Positions 13,857 to 24,776 of a stretch of 64,000 nt of DNA are shown here, piece after piece; the stretch's first letter is position 1; every line of letters starts with the position of its first letter. The DNA comes from Neoconidiobolus thromboides FSU 785 (Eukaryota > Fungi > Entomophthoromycota). The stretch is taken from contig MU626269.1 in NCBI GenBank assembly GCA_025603075.1, positions 124,001 to 188,000 of the forward strand, written 5' to 3'. The notes beneath the pieces are model-generated. The model searched no databases and was not told the origin of the DNA. It saw only the letters and a list, made by a program, of their open reading frames with translations. The position numbers were made by a program, and so were the translations under genes.

Positions 13857-14268
13857 GTTATAATAGCTTAGCTTTTTTTGAAATCATTTAAGAAAAGAAC
13901 ATTGATAAAAGTATTAATTATGTATTCTTTTGTTTGTGATTATTACAATGATAAAAACACATTTGTATTGTTTTATTTCTTATTTCTTATTTCTTATTTC
14001 TAAATAATAACGTATTTTTAAGAACTAAACTAAATTCTGCTCAAATTTTCCACTGCTTTTTCGGTCTATTTTTAAGATGGAAGAAGAATTGAAATTATCC
14101 ATTTTAAGCTTTGGATAGTAATTATATAAATTTATGCATAAAACTAGGTAAAAAAGGCAAATATCAATTATACTCAGATTGATTCTATTTAAAATTTGAG
14201 TTTTAATTATTTTTTTACTTCTAATTTATTCTCTAATAAAATTGAGACTTAACATTAAATTACAATAG

Positions 14269-15783
14269 GATGCGTCTTTCTATCCTATTCAAACAAACCA
14301 AGTATTAATTATCGCAAAGTTCTCAGGTGACTATAAATCTTAAAGCGAACATTGTAAGTTTAGGTTATGTATAAAACATTGTTGTCAGACATGCTATAAA
14401 CAAACAGGTGATAGAAATGCCTTAGTTTGCCATATGTGTTGTGAATCCCATCATCTTACCTATTTAAGCAAAATATTATAAGATATTTTTGAAATATAAT
14501 GATAATTCTCTTATTTATTTAAAAAAGTACATTAAATTGTTTAGGTCTAGTAAAAATTGTGATAAATTTTTTTAAAAGGTTTAATAATGATAATTATTAT
14601 ATCATTGAAAAAACAGGGATGTAGTTTTGTATTTAAGAATTTTACTAATAATTTTTCCACTCAAATAGTGCTTAAAAGATGGAAAAAATGCTGAAGCTAA
14701 AAAACATCCCCAAATGCTAAATGTATTTTATGGCTTTGCTTGGAGATTTAGAGCTCAAATGAATTATAACAATATTCATTGGCAAATTAGACTATTCAAA
14801 ATATAACTTTTTTTATTAACTTATTTTTTAGCCCTTCGATGTCAGGTATTCATGAAAATAATAGATGTCCAGGCTATTCAATCATATTAAGCGAAACTTA
14901 TGAGGGGGATGGATATAATGCAAAAAATTTTGTTTAGACTGGTACTAGTGGTCAAAATATTAAGGGGTTACAAACCGCTTCTTAACAATTTAACTCGGTA
15001 AATCTTATTTTAGCTGCTACAATTGATGGAAAACTTAGTATATATGAGTCAGTAGCCAAGGATTAGACTAAAAGCTCATCTATAAGAGTTATTGGGGAAT
15101 TCAATCTTTCAAAAAATCAAAAATATGCACTAAGAGTAGGCTATAGATACGATAATATTTTAGATTAGTCAAATATTGATTGAAAACAGTTTGTAGTGAT
15201 GAAAACGGTGCTAAAAATGTTATTGTGTGACTTTTTCAATTTAGATGCCATGATAATAAATCAGCACCATGGACAGAGGAATGGAAGAGACATAAAATCA
15301 AAAAAAAATCGAATAATTAAACAACTAAGTAATATTAACCCGAATCCTCCAATCAAACTAGATTATAGAATTTCATCTATGCTTAAAACGATATTAAGAA
15401 ACGATAAAAAGAATGGATTTATATGGGAATAAATTATAGCTACTCCTTATAAAACATATAGCGGTTTTTTAGATTCAATTTTATCTCATTTTGTGTGTTT
15501 AATATGTAAGAATGTTGTTAAATTTAGAGGGCCTTATACCTCTAAGTGTAAGCATAACCTCTGCTTAAAATGTGTTAAATCTAAAGTACATGAAAATTAG
15601 AACTATAACTGCTCACTGTGTGTAAAAAAAACCTATAAAGTACCTAATTCAAAAATCAAACTCACAAGAGATAGATATTTTAAAGTTAATAACGATCTTT
15701 CAATTATTCTTAATCAATCAGGATCAGCTTTAATTCAAAGAAGAAAATTATTCATATATAGTTTTTTAATAATAAATACATAG
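14269..15783 (+). pseudogene. UHRF1: Decayed UHRF1-like gene (prePHD-PHD, SRA/YDG, C3HC4 RING)
   Basis: Manual translation: EHCKFRLCIKHCCQTC..LVCHMCCESHHL (PHD); GFAWRFRAQ..IH/CPSMSGIH..YSIILSETYEGD..FV*TG..AKD*TK..IRVI..KYA..GYRYD..KY*..V*LFQF..APWT (SRA); NDKKNGFIWE*..FLDSI..CLIC..CKHNLCLKC..CSLC..VNNDLSIILNQ (RING and tail). Multiple in-frame stops, at least 2 frameshifts, one MITE insertion. Confidence 0.88.
14614..14713 (+). mobile_element. MITE-like repeat copy inside the UHRF1 relic
   Basis: Consensus match; lies between the PHD-coding and SRA-coding segments. Confidence 0.9.
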
Positions 15784-15797
15784 GTTTTATTTCAATA

Positions 15798-15901
15798 TAT
15801 GGGGATGTATTTTTGTGTTTAAGAATTTTACTAGCAAATTTTCCGCTTAAATAGTGCTTAAAAAATGGAAAAAGTAATGAAGTTAAAAAAACACTCCCAT
15901 A
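15798..15901 (+). mobile_element. MITE-like repeat copy
   Basis: TATGGGGATGT...ACACTCCCATA. Confidence 0.92.
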
Positions 15902-16107
15902 TAATTATTAACCTTAATTAATTTTATAACTAAAAAGCAAGTTATATGTTTAAACATTACAAATATTCAAATCAATAGAAAATACAGTAAAAAAATTATT
16001 TAAAAAATCAACCTAATATAAAAGTATTAACTATTGTTTTATTTTATATATATTAAATTCAATATTATTTAATATATATTATGTTACATATACTGACAAA
16101 ATATAAC

Positions 16108-16210
16108 AATGAGGATGTATTTTTGTATTTAAGAGTTTTATTGACAATCTTTCCGCTCAAATAGCGTTTAAAAGATGGGAAAAGTGATGAAGTCAAAAAA
16201 TATCCTCATA
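16108..16210 (+). mobile_element. MITE-like repeat copy
   Basis: Consensus match. Confidence 0.9.
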
Positions 16211-16750
16211 CAATGTAAAAAATTTTGAAATTTAAAATGGTTTTTTATATCTGCTTGTATACTAATTTTTATAAACTTTTTAAATACTAAATTAACTAAG
16301 CAGTTTTTTACATATACTAGATCATGATTTAGTATTTCAAACAAATAGTCAAAATAAACTCTATTTATTATATTATTATTCTTTGAATATAAAACACCAA
16401 ACTTTAGTATAGATATAGCTTGTTTATCATAATAGTTTAAATTTATTAAATCTGGCCCTATTTTTATTTTTATATTTTATCTAAAATTTAAAATTCAAAG
16501 TTATTATCTGATTTTATTCTTCAAGTTAATAATTTCATTAAGTATACTTTCTTAAATAACAATATGAAATTTATGTAATTTATATAGCTTTTTTTATTAG
16601 AAGTTTTTTTATATTTATTTTATTTTTTATTGCTACATTTATTTTATCTTCAAACAACCTTTTTTTAATTACGTATTAAGCACATATATTATATAAAGCT
16701 GTTTCTTTATTAAATATTAATGAAATAGTTGAATTATTGAATAGATATTA

Positions 16751-16853
16751 TATGTGGCTGTTTTTTTTGATTTCACTGTTTTTCCATTTTTTAAGCACTA
16801 TTTGGGTGGAAAATTTATTAGTAAAATCCTTAGACACAAAACACATCCCCATA
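16751..16853 (-). mobile_element. MITE-like repeat copy
   Basis: Reverse-complement match; head-to-head with 16953-17058. Confidence 0.9.
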
Positions 16854-16952
16854 TAATTATCTAAAAATGATTAATAATAATAAACATACTAATGTTATAA
16901 TTTGTCATTAAGAATATAAAAAAAGTTCAAAGTAGTCAAATTAAAGCTATTA

Positions 16953-17058
16953 TATGGGGATATGTTTTTGTGCCTAAGAATTTTACTAATAAATTTTCCA
17001 CCCAAATAGTGCTTAAAAAATGGAAAAACAATGAAATAAAAAAAAAACACTCCCTTAT
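16953..17058 (+). mobile_element. MITE-like repeat copy
   Basis: Consensus match. Confidence 0.9.
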
Positions 17059-17108
17059 AATGGTGTGTTTTTGACTTTATCACTTCTTCTATCTTTTAAT
17101 TAATGTTA

Positions 17109-17160
17109 GAGCGAGGAAATTATTAGTAAAATTCTCAAACACAAAAATACATCTTTATAT
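17109..17160 (-). mobile_element. MITE-like repeat, partial (left half)
   Basis: AAATTATTAGTAAAATTCTCAAACACAAAAATACATC. Confidence 0.75.
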
Positions 17161-17239
17161 TGATTTTTATTTATGTTAAATCTAAAGCCTTTATATTTAT
17201 TAAAAAAACATGTTAAAGCTATAGTTGATAATAATGCTA

Positions 17240-17342
17240 TTTGGGGATGTTTTTATGGCTTCGTCACTTTTTTCATCTTTTAAACGCTATTTGAGCGGAA
17301 AAATTATTAATAAAATTCTTGAACATAAAAATACATCCCTAT
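17240..17342 (-). mobile_element. MITE-like repeat copy
   Basis: Reverse-complement match. Confidence 0.9.
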
Positions 17343-17605
17343 TTACTGATTTTTATTTCTTAATTTCTTTGAAGCATTAATTTGATATATCAGTTAATCA
17401 ATTAAATTTATTATTGTCATTATTGAATTTTGATTTTTTTTGTTTTATTGTAGACAATTATTAAAATTAAGGTAATTACAATGTTTATATAGTGTGCTTT
17501 TTTTTATTGTATTGAAGTTTTCAAAAATTCTACTTTGAAGTTTAGTTATAAAAGCTTGCATTTTGTTTTTATTTTAATGAAAACTAAAATAAAATTAATA
17601 AAACA

Positions 17606-17705
17606 TATAGGGACATTTTTGATTTCATCACTTTTCCATTTTTGAGCGCTATTTGAGTGGAAAGATTGTTAATAAAATTCTTAAACAAAAAAATACATCC
17701 CCATA
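17606..17705 (-). mobile_element. MITE-like repeat copy
   Basis: Reverse-complement match. Confidence 0.9.
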
Positions 17706-18011
17706 TAATTAAAAAATCAATTATTTAAAAAAATGAGACAATTAAAATAAGTCTTTTAGATTAAATATTTTTATTTAGCTTTAAGCTTTTTTAAGTTTAA
17801 CTAATTCCAATCACACAGTAAGGACTTATAAATTTAAAAACTTAAAATGTGGATTGATTTTTAAGTAAATTCTGCAATCAATTTGAACATCCTTATATTA
17901 CTGTCATTTTCAAATAAAAAAGATAAAACTAAATTAGAATATTCATTTGACAAGTTATGATAAAAAGCTCAATAAAAACCTGATTTCAAAATCAAAACAA
18001 GTAAATAAATA

Positions 18012-18102
18012 TATAGGGATGTATTTTTCTAAGGATTTTACTAACAATCTTTCCACTTAAATAGCGCTTAAAAATGGAAAAGTGATGAAATCAAAAAAAA
18101 AA
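18012..18102 (+). mobile_element. MITE-like repeat copy, small internal deletion and eroded right TIR
   Basis: Consensus match. Confidence 0.85.
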
Positions 18103-19711
18103 TTCTTACCTTTTTAGAGATTTATAAAGGCACACTTTTACATACACAATATATTGTGGTTCATTGTTAAATATAAAAAATGAGTAACCCCTAGCCATGT
18201 TTTAATTATTGTGTTAATTATATAGATCAATCTTTAAATAATATTTTTCTACCACTTCAAGTATTAATTATATAATAAAACCTTATGAAGGAACTGTAAT
18301 TATTAATTTTAAAAGTTAAAAAATCGCCTTTCTAAAAATAATACCCACATAATGACTTAAAACAATGAACATATTAACAGTAAAATCGTTTTTACTATGA
18401 CAAATTATATAGTTACTAATTATTGTCTATTTGAAATTTTATATCACTGTTTTGTTTTTTTGCTTGATACTAGTATAAAACTATACTATCTATAACAATA
18501 TTAACTTTAAAATAAAGATAAAATTGAGGATCAAAAGTAGCTCATTAGTAAATTACATATCATTATTTTTTTTAAATTTGTCCGAAGATTTAAGTAATAG
18601 ATTTGATTAATAGTTAATAAAAAAGGTGCACACGTCATAGTAATACAAAATAGCTAATAATTAGTAATTAGAATAAAAAAACTAGTTTAATTTATAATTT
18701 TATTTTCATAATTAAACGTAGTAAATATTGTTTGAGTTTGTTCATGATATAATAGGTTAACTTTAGCAAATTTAACAGTATCCATGTTTTTGAGATGCCA
18801 TCTATATAATAATGATTTATTAGCATCAAAATAAGCTGATGTGAATAAAGTAATATTATTTCAGTAGTCAATTTGTTTGTAATTTGTTAATATTTTATTT
18901 TACTTTAAACTCTGGTGGATTCTAAGTGTTTGATATTAAAGAGCTAGTGTATTCTGCAAATATAATATTGTATACTATAAAAGTAACATTTTAATCAAAA
19001 TATAACAAGTAAGGGTTATATTTGAATCTAGATCCTTAATTAACTATAATTAGTTAAATATTAAATGGAACGATTTGTGCTAATTAATTGGTATAGTTAA
19101 AAATGAGATTTTAAATAGCATAGCTTAATAAATAGTAAATGACTTTATTAGAACTTATATAATTATTTAAATCTTAAAATTAAAGTTCAATATTTTAATA
19201 CAATGTTCTAAAAATAGGTTGTTAACAAATTTAGAAACATAAATTATAAACCGGATTATGTTACTTCTGCCTTGATGTTAATTTTTATACTATTAGAACG
19301 TTCATGTCATACCATTAAGAGATTGATTAAAATTGTATTGCCCACAAAATAATTCATATATATGCATGTAAGGATATATATTAAATCACTCAAAATATTT
19401 GTAGTTTATAGAGTAAATTTAAAATAGCTATTTATCATTAATATTTATATCACTTTCCCCTACCAAACAGTGTTTAACCCTATTTGACTTTATTAACTTG
19501 TTTAATAAAAATAAAAAGGGAATCCAAAAAGCTAATTAATTAGATTTAGCGAAAAAGTTATAAGTAATTTAAAAAAATTTTAAAAGTACAAATTTAAATT
19601 CTTTGATGTTCTTATGATTTGAAAACAGACATCAAAAAGTAATTGAGTAAAAGGTATTTAAAATGGAGAAAAGAAAGAAAGATGAAAATAAAAAGTTAGA
19701 CAATCATAAAA

Positions 19712-20594
19712 ATGAATAAAGACGAACAAATAGAGCAAACTAATACTGATGAAACCGAATGTAAAAAAATAGTCCCCTTTTTAATTAAATTAAGAAGGTA
19801 ACCTATAAACTATCTCTAGTTAAGAAACTTATTAACATTACTATTTTTAGTATACTTGATAGTGAGAATTTCAAGTCTATTATTAACTGGAATGAAGATG
19901 GTACTCAATTTGAAATTCATGACCCTGTTCAATTTGAGTCTAAAGTTTTGCCCGGCAATTATAAAAGTCAAAGAATTGAGACATTCTTTAGGCAATTAAA
20001 TGTAATTATTAACTCTTTATTTTTATTACATAAATATTAATGTCTATTTAGATTTATAATTTTAAAAGATTGAACTACAAACGATATCATGATGGCAGTT
20101 TATATAGGGTTTTGGCTTTTAAAAATGAATATTTCAAAAAAGACGAACCTAATTTAATGTATAAGATTAACCGCAAACAAAACACGAGAAAAAGTGATAA
20201 AAGCACTTCTCCTTTAGCTAACGAAGAACCAAATCCAGTGTACCCAAACACAGCTTGTACAAATATAGAACCATTTGATGACAACTGGACTTATGATGAT
20301 ATTGTTAACAATCCCAATGAATACATTCAGCCTGATTTTAATCCAGTTGATTGCTACATATACTCACAACCATATATTGATACAAATGTGATGATACCCT
20401 ATGGTCTAATATATACCCCAGAGACTATTTCTCCATTATTGGTTCCTACATATATACCAACTTTCGCTTCTGATCCTATTAGTCCCACATCAGTACCAAA
20501 CTATTACCATGCATTTACTTCAGAATCAATTAGCCCAGCTTCTGCGCCTCTACATTATGATTACTATGACTTTGATCAACAGTCTAACCCATAA
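19712..20594 (+). CDS. HSF-type DNA-binding-domain protein (3 exons)
   Basis: Introns 19798-19850 and 20002-20050 give VPFLIKLRSILDSENFKSIINWNEDGTQFEI..VLP..FFRQLNIYNFKR..FKNEYFKKDEPNLMYKINRK. Confidence 0.85.
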
Positions 20595-20978
20595 AATTAA
20601 CTTATTTTAGTATTAATAAACCTTGATAAAAATTATTTTTACGCTTTATAAGCTATAGAGGTATTTTATTGCCAATAATTTAACTAATAATTTAACTAAT
20701 AATTTAACTAAACTGTAAGTTTAGAAAAGAAAATGGTAGTCATAACCAAAAACGAGGGGGTCCTCTGGCTTAGTGTTATAGTATTTGATCTAATAGTTTT
20801 CATCATTTGACCTTCTTTGCCTTTTTATCTGTTATAGTTTTCTCTATTATTTTTTTACTTTCATAAATAAAAGTTTATGGTTTTTGAGACTCTTTAAAAT
20901 TTGAAAAAAGAACTAATTTAAACTTGTAAGATATTAATTTAGCAATATCTATTGAAGTAAAAATACATTTACACTTCA

Positions 20979-21061
20979 TCTCACCTCCCGGGATCGAACC
21001 AGGGACCGATGGATTGCTATTTATTTACAGTCCATCGCTCTTCCAACTGAGCTAAGGTGAG
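20979..21061 (-). tRNA. tRNA-Tyr(GTA) with ~10-nt canonical intron
   Basis: Cloverleaf: CTCACCT/AGGTGAG acceptor stem, AGCTCAGTTGGAAGAGC D arm, ATGGA-CTGTAA[intron]A-TCCAT, GGTTCGATCCC T arm. Confidence 0.95.
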
Positions 21062-21098
21062 AGCTTCTTATTGTAATCGAGTTTAATCTATCATATCC

Positions 21099-21198
21099 AT
21101 ATGTTTTTTTTTGGTTTCATCACTTTTTCCATTTTTAAACATTATTTGAGTGAAAAGATTATTAGTAAAATCCTTAAACAAAAAAATATATACTCATA
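21099..21198 (-). mobile_element. MITE-like repeat copy, ~37 bp upstream of tRNA-Tyr
   Basis: Reverse-complement match, eroded TIRs. Confidence 0.85.
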
Positions 21199-22844
21199 TA
21201 ATACTTGTTCTATTGTTCAATTAGACATACAAATCACAGAATAAAATACTTGAAAATAAGAATAGCGTTTTATAAAACAGAAACACTATAATAATAATAG
21301 GATTTATAACTACAAAGATATAAGTAATTATTTTATTCAGTATAATTATGATACTCAATTTTATCCAGGAGTTGTAATTATTGCTCAAAATTACTATCCG
21401 ATTTGTTTTGTTAAAATATGCAACAGAGCCCTGTTCTATTGTTCTAATTAACACCATACACCATACACCATACTGTTATTGTTACTATTAATAGTCCCTA
21501 TTTTTTAAGGGGTAATTTTGAATTAGATTGTAAATAAATTTATAAATCCTTTTCATAGTGAAACATTACCATAAATATAGCAAGGAACAGCCAGTTTCAT
21601 TTAATTTTAACAAATATATGATTTAATGACATTATATCAGCCAAATTCAAGTTATATAATTGTAGGAGGGTAGCAGTACAAATAAAAATGAATTCAGTTT
21701 TTAAGCAGGAATTATATATAATTTAGAAAGAAAAGAAAGAGCATATTATATAATAATATATATCCGACTTTATTTAAAAGGTATGTTTGATTTATTACCG
21801 AAATGAATTCAAGAACTTTAAACTGATGGTTTAAAATTTTCGAATGAAAAGTGATCCAAATTCAAGCTACATCAAATTATTATGACTAAGTTTATACCAG
21901 TATTTATTTACCTTGAAATACTAAATTTGTAAACTATTGTATAACCATTTAAATACATTATGAAAGAAACATCGTAGCTTGTGGTACATCTACCATCTTT
22001 ATTATTATTACTATGATTATTACTTATTACTTATTACTTAGATTATCTATTTTTTAATGTAGTAATATCCGTCAAAAAGATTCTATCATAATAAAAAATT
22101 TATATCATACCAATTAAGTAAAAGTAGGTTTTTATAAAATAAAATGCAAGCGCACATATTTAGATACTACAGAAAAGGTTATATTACTTAAATATTACTT
22201 TATAAAAATTATACCTAAACTCAAGGCAACATCTAAAAACTCAATATTTAGAAAGCGGAAAATAGAGGAATAATTAAAAGAACATTGACTCACTAGTATC
22301 ATTAAAGGATTTATATTAAAAACCATTGCACTAGTTAATGTATGAAATATTTAACTGAGATTTGATATATTTTTATCTCAATTTTTATAAATATTTTAGT
22401 TAAATAACAATTATGTGTTTTATAAATTTTATCAAACTCTACCAAAAAACAGTATGATTTATTGTTATTTAAAAAATGAGGCTATAGTGGAGTTTTTACA
22501 ACTCTTTACTGCTAATTAATTATAGAAACATCAATATATCAAATTTTATAAATAAGATAAAATAGTATTGTTATTTTCTGAGCTATGTGGTTTGCAGTAG
22601 AAAACAACATTAAAAAGGCAATTGGTATTTAATATCAAAATGTCTATTTAGTTTATAAGTTCACCTTTTATTCAAGCAGTTTAGTTAATAACCGCTACAA
22701 ATTAATACTAAATAACTACTAAGAATAATGTGTTTTTAGTATCTCTTTAATAGATTAAACCTAGAAGTATTAAAGGAACATATCAACTATAAATAAACAA
22801 GCCATCTTATTTATGAAAGTTATCTTTAGAACCCCTAGCTTAGA

Positions 22845-23332
22845 ATGAAATATTTAATATGCGTCGTCTTTTGTATTCATACCTTAAATGCTGCTGCAAC
22901 TCCGAATACTAGTTGTGAAGAGCTCACAAAAGATCTAGGAAAAGAGTACAAGTCCATTTGTGACTCATTTGGAGAAGCAGCAATTAAACCATACGTTGGA
23001 GAAATTCAAAAATGTGTTAGTGAATGTGATAATAGCTAATGTAAAAAAGAATGTGGTGCCAAAATCGTCGAAAAAAAGGTTAAAGAAGCTACTGGTGCTA
23101 CAGATAAAGCATTAGATGAAATGTTAAAGTGTGCAAAAGGATGCACAGAGGATGTAAAGAGGATGATTATAGTTGCAAAATTGAATGCGTTGTTAAACCT
23201 ATTTTAGATGATAAGGGTGATAAAAGTGATAAAGATGGCTCAAAAACAAATCATTCATCAAATGCCCATTTCGCTATATCTCCTCCAGCGGTTTTATTGC
23301 TTTTATTTTACTATTTCGCCTTTTTGAGCTAA
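22845..23332 (+). pseudogene. Small secreted Cys-rich, GPI-signal protein disrupted by a stop and an 11-bp duplication
   Basis: Signal peptide; TAA at 23037-23039 inside CVSECDNS*CKKEC; tandem GGATGCACAGA-GGATGTAAAGA shifts the frame; removing one unit restores CAKGCxEDDYSCKIEC and a hydrophobic C-terminus. Confidence 0.7.
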
Positions 23333-24230
23333 GTTTTATTAGTAAATAAATTAAATGGCTTGTGTTCACAAAATGCACCAAATTTTGGTAAATTATTTTA
23401 TTATTTATACCAATTATAAAATATTATGTTTTTAAAATATAAAATACAATACTATTAAACTTAAAATTAATTTTAAAAATTATATTTCACTTTTATTTTA
23501 TTTAGTTCTAAAAAATAAAAACAAGTAAAAATAATAAATTAACAGTATACTAATGTTTTCATACTATAGCTCTAAAAACTATAAAAGTCATAAATGATTA
23601 TAAAGTCTTATATTTAATTTATAAAAATAAATTAATTCAACGACCACATATGGTCTATGTATATACGAAAAAAGAAATTCTAAAAATTGTACAGAGTCCA
23701 AGCTTTTACTACAGAAAATTTTAAAACTTGAAACCTGAACAATTATATAAACTACCCATTGGAATAAAAAATTAAGTGTTAGGAAAATTGACACTCTTTG
23801 ATGAAAGGAAGAGATGTTTGATAGGTTAACTTAGTTTATAGAAAATGTTACAGCTTATTAGCAAATTAGTATAAACAAAAGTTATTACAATATATGTGAT
23901 TTGTATAATTTTTGGATAAATTTATATTTTAAATTAGTAAATTATATAATAATCAGTTTATACATCTTTTTAAGGCTACAAGCAATATAAAGTTTAGATT
24001 CCAGCTACAAGAGAGTATAAATTTTTTTCAAAACAAAAAATAATAACCTATTTTTTGAGCTATTGTTTTGTAAAATATAAGTTGTTTATTTTTACATAGA
24101 GTCATTTTATTTGTAGCTTTTCTAATATCTGACCTTTAAAGTAGCTTATCTAATTACCTAAAGTATATAAAATTGACTAAAATATAATTTTTAAGAGTAG
24201 ATGTTACTTAAAATTTAAGCATTATCTTTA

Positions 24231-24267
24231 TGGAAAAAGTAATAAAGCCAAAAAAAAGCATCCTCAT
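24231..24267 (+). mobile_element. MITE-like repeat, partial (right end)
   Basis: TGGAAAAAGTAATAAAGCCAAAAAAAAGCATCCTCAT. Confidence 0.7.
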
Positions 24268-24449
24268 CATTAAATTCAATATTCATAAAGGTTAATGATT
24301 TTTAGAAAATCAAGTTAAAAAGAGCAATTAAAAAAAAAGATTGGCCTAGTTATCTCAAAGTTTTTCAAAATCTTTATTAAATCAAATAAACTTATCATTG
24401 TTGAAAAATTGTGAATAAGTAATTAGTTAAGCCATAAAATTAAATAATA

Positions 24450-24552
24450 TATGGGGTGTTTTTTTGTGTTTAAGAATTTTACTAACAATCTTTCTACTCA
24501 AATAGCGCTTAAAAAATGAAAAAATAATGAAATCAAAAAAAACATCCCCATA
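24450..24552 (+). mobile_element. MITE-like repeat copy
   Basis: Consensus match. Confidence 0.92.
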
Positions 24553-24670
24553 TATTGTTAATATGTTTTAAAAAGTCTTATTTTATAATAGTATAGGAAT
24601 TGGTGATTATTGATAAAAACTCTATCTAATGCTAGCCATTTGATTTTTTAATTTGTTTAAATTTATAAAA

Positions 24671-24776
24671 TATAGGGATGTTTTTCTTGGTTTCATGAGT
24701 TTTTCCATTTTTTTAGGTGCTATTTGAGCAGAAAGGTTGTTGGTAAAATTCTTAAACAAAAAGATACATCCCCATA
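24671..24776 (-). mobile_element. MITE-like repeat copy
   Basis: Reverse-complement match. Confidence 0.9.

Noticed and set aside
15196-15432. 78-aa ORF in the track as a standalone gene
   Set aside because: It is a chimera of an off-frame stretch and the UHRF1 SRA-RING linker frame.
16895-17083. 62-aa ORF
   Set aside because: It is read through a MITE copy and is compositionally biased.
23801-23816. ATGAAAGGAAGAGATG, resembling the U6atac 5' core
   Set aside because: The match does not extend to the AGC triad or ISL, and there is no terminator structure.
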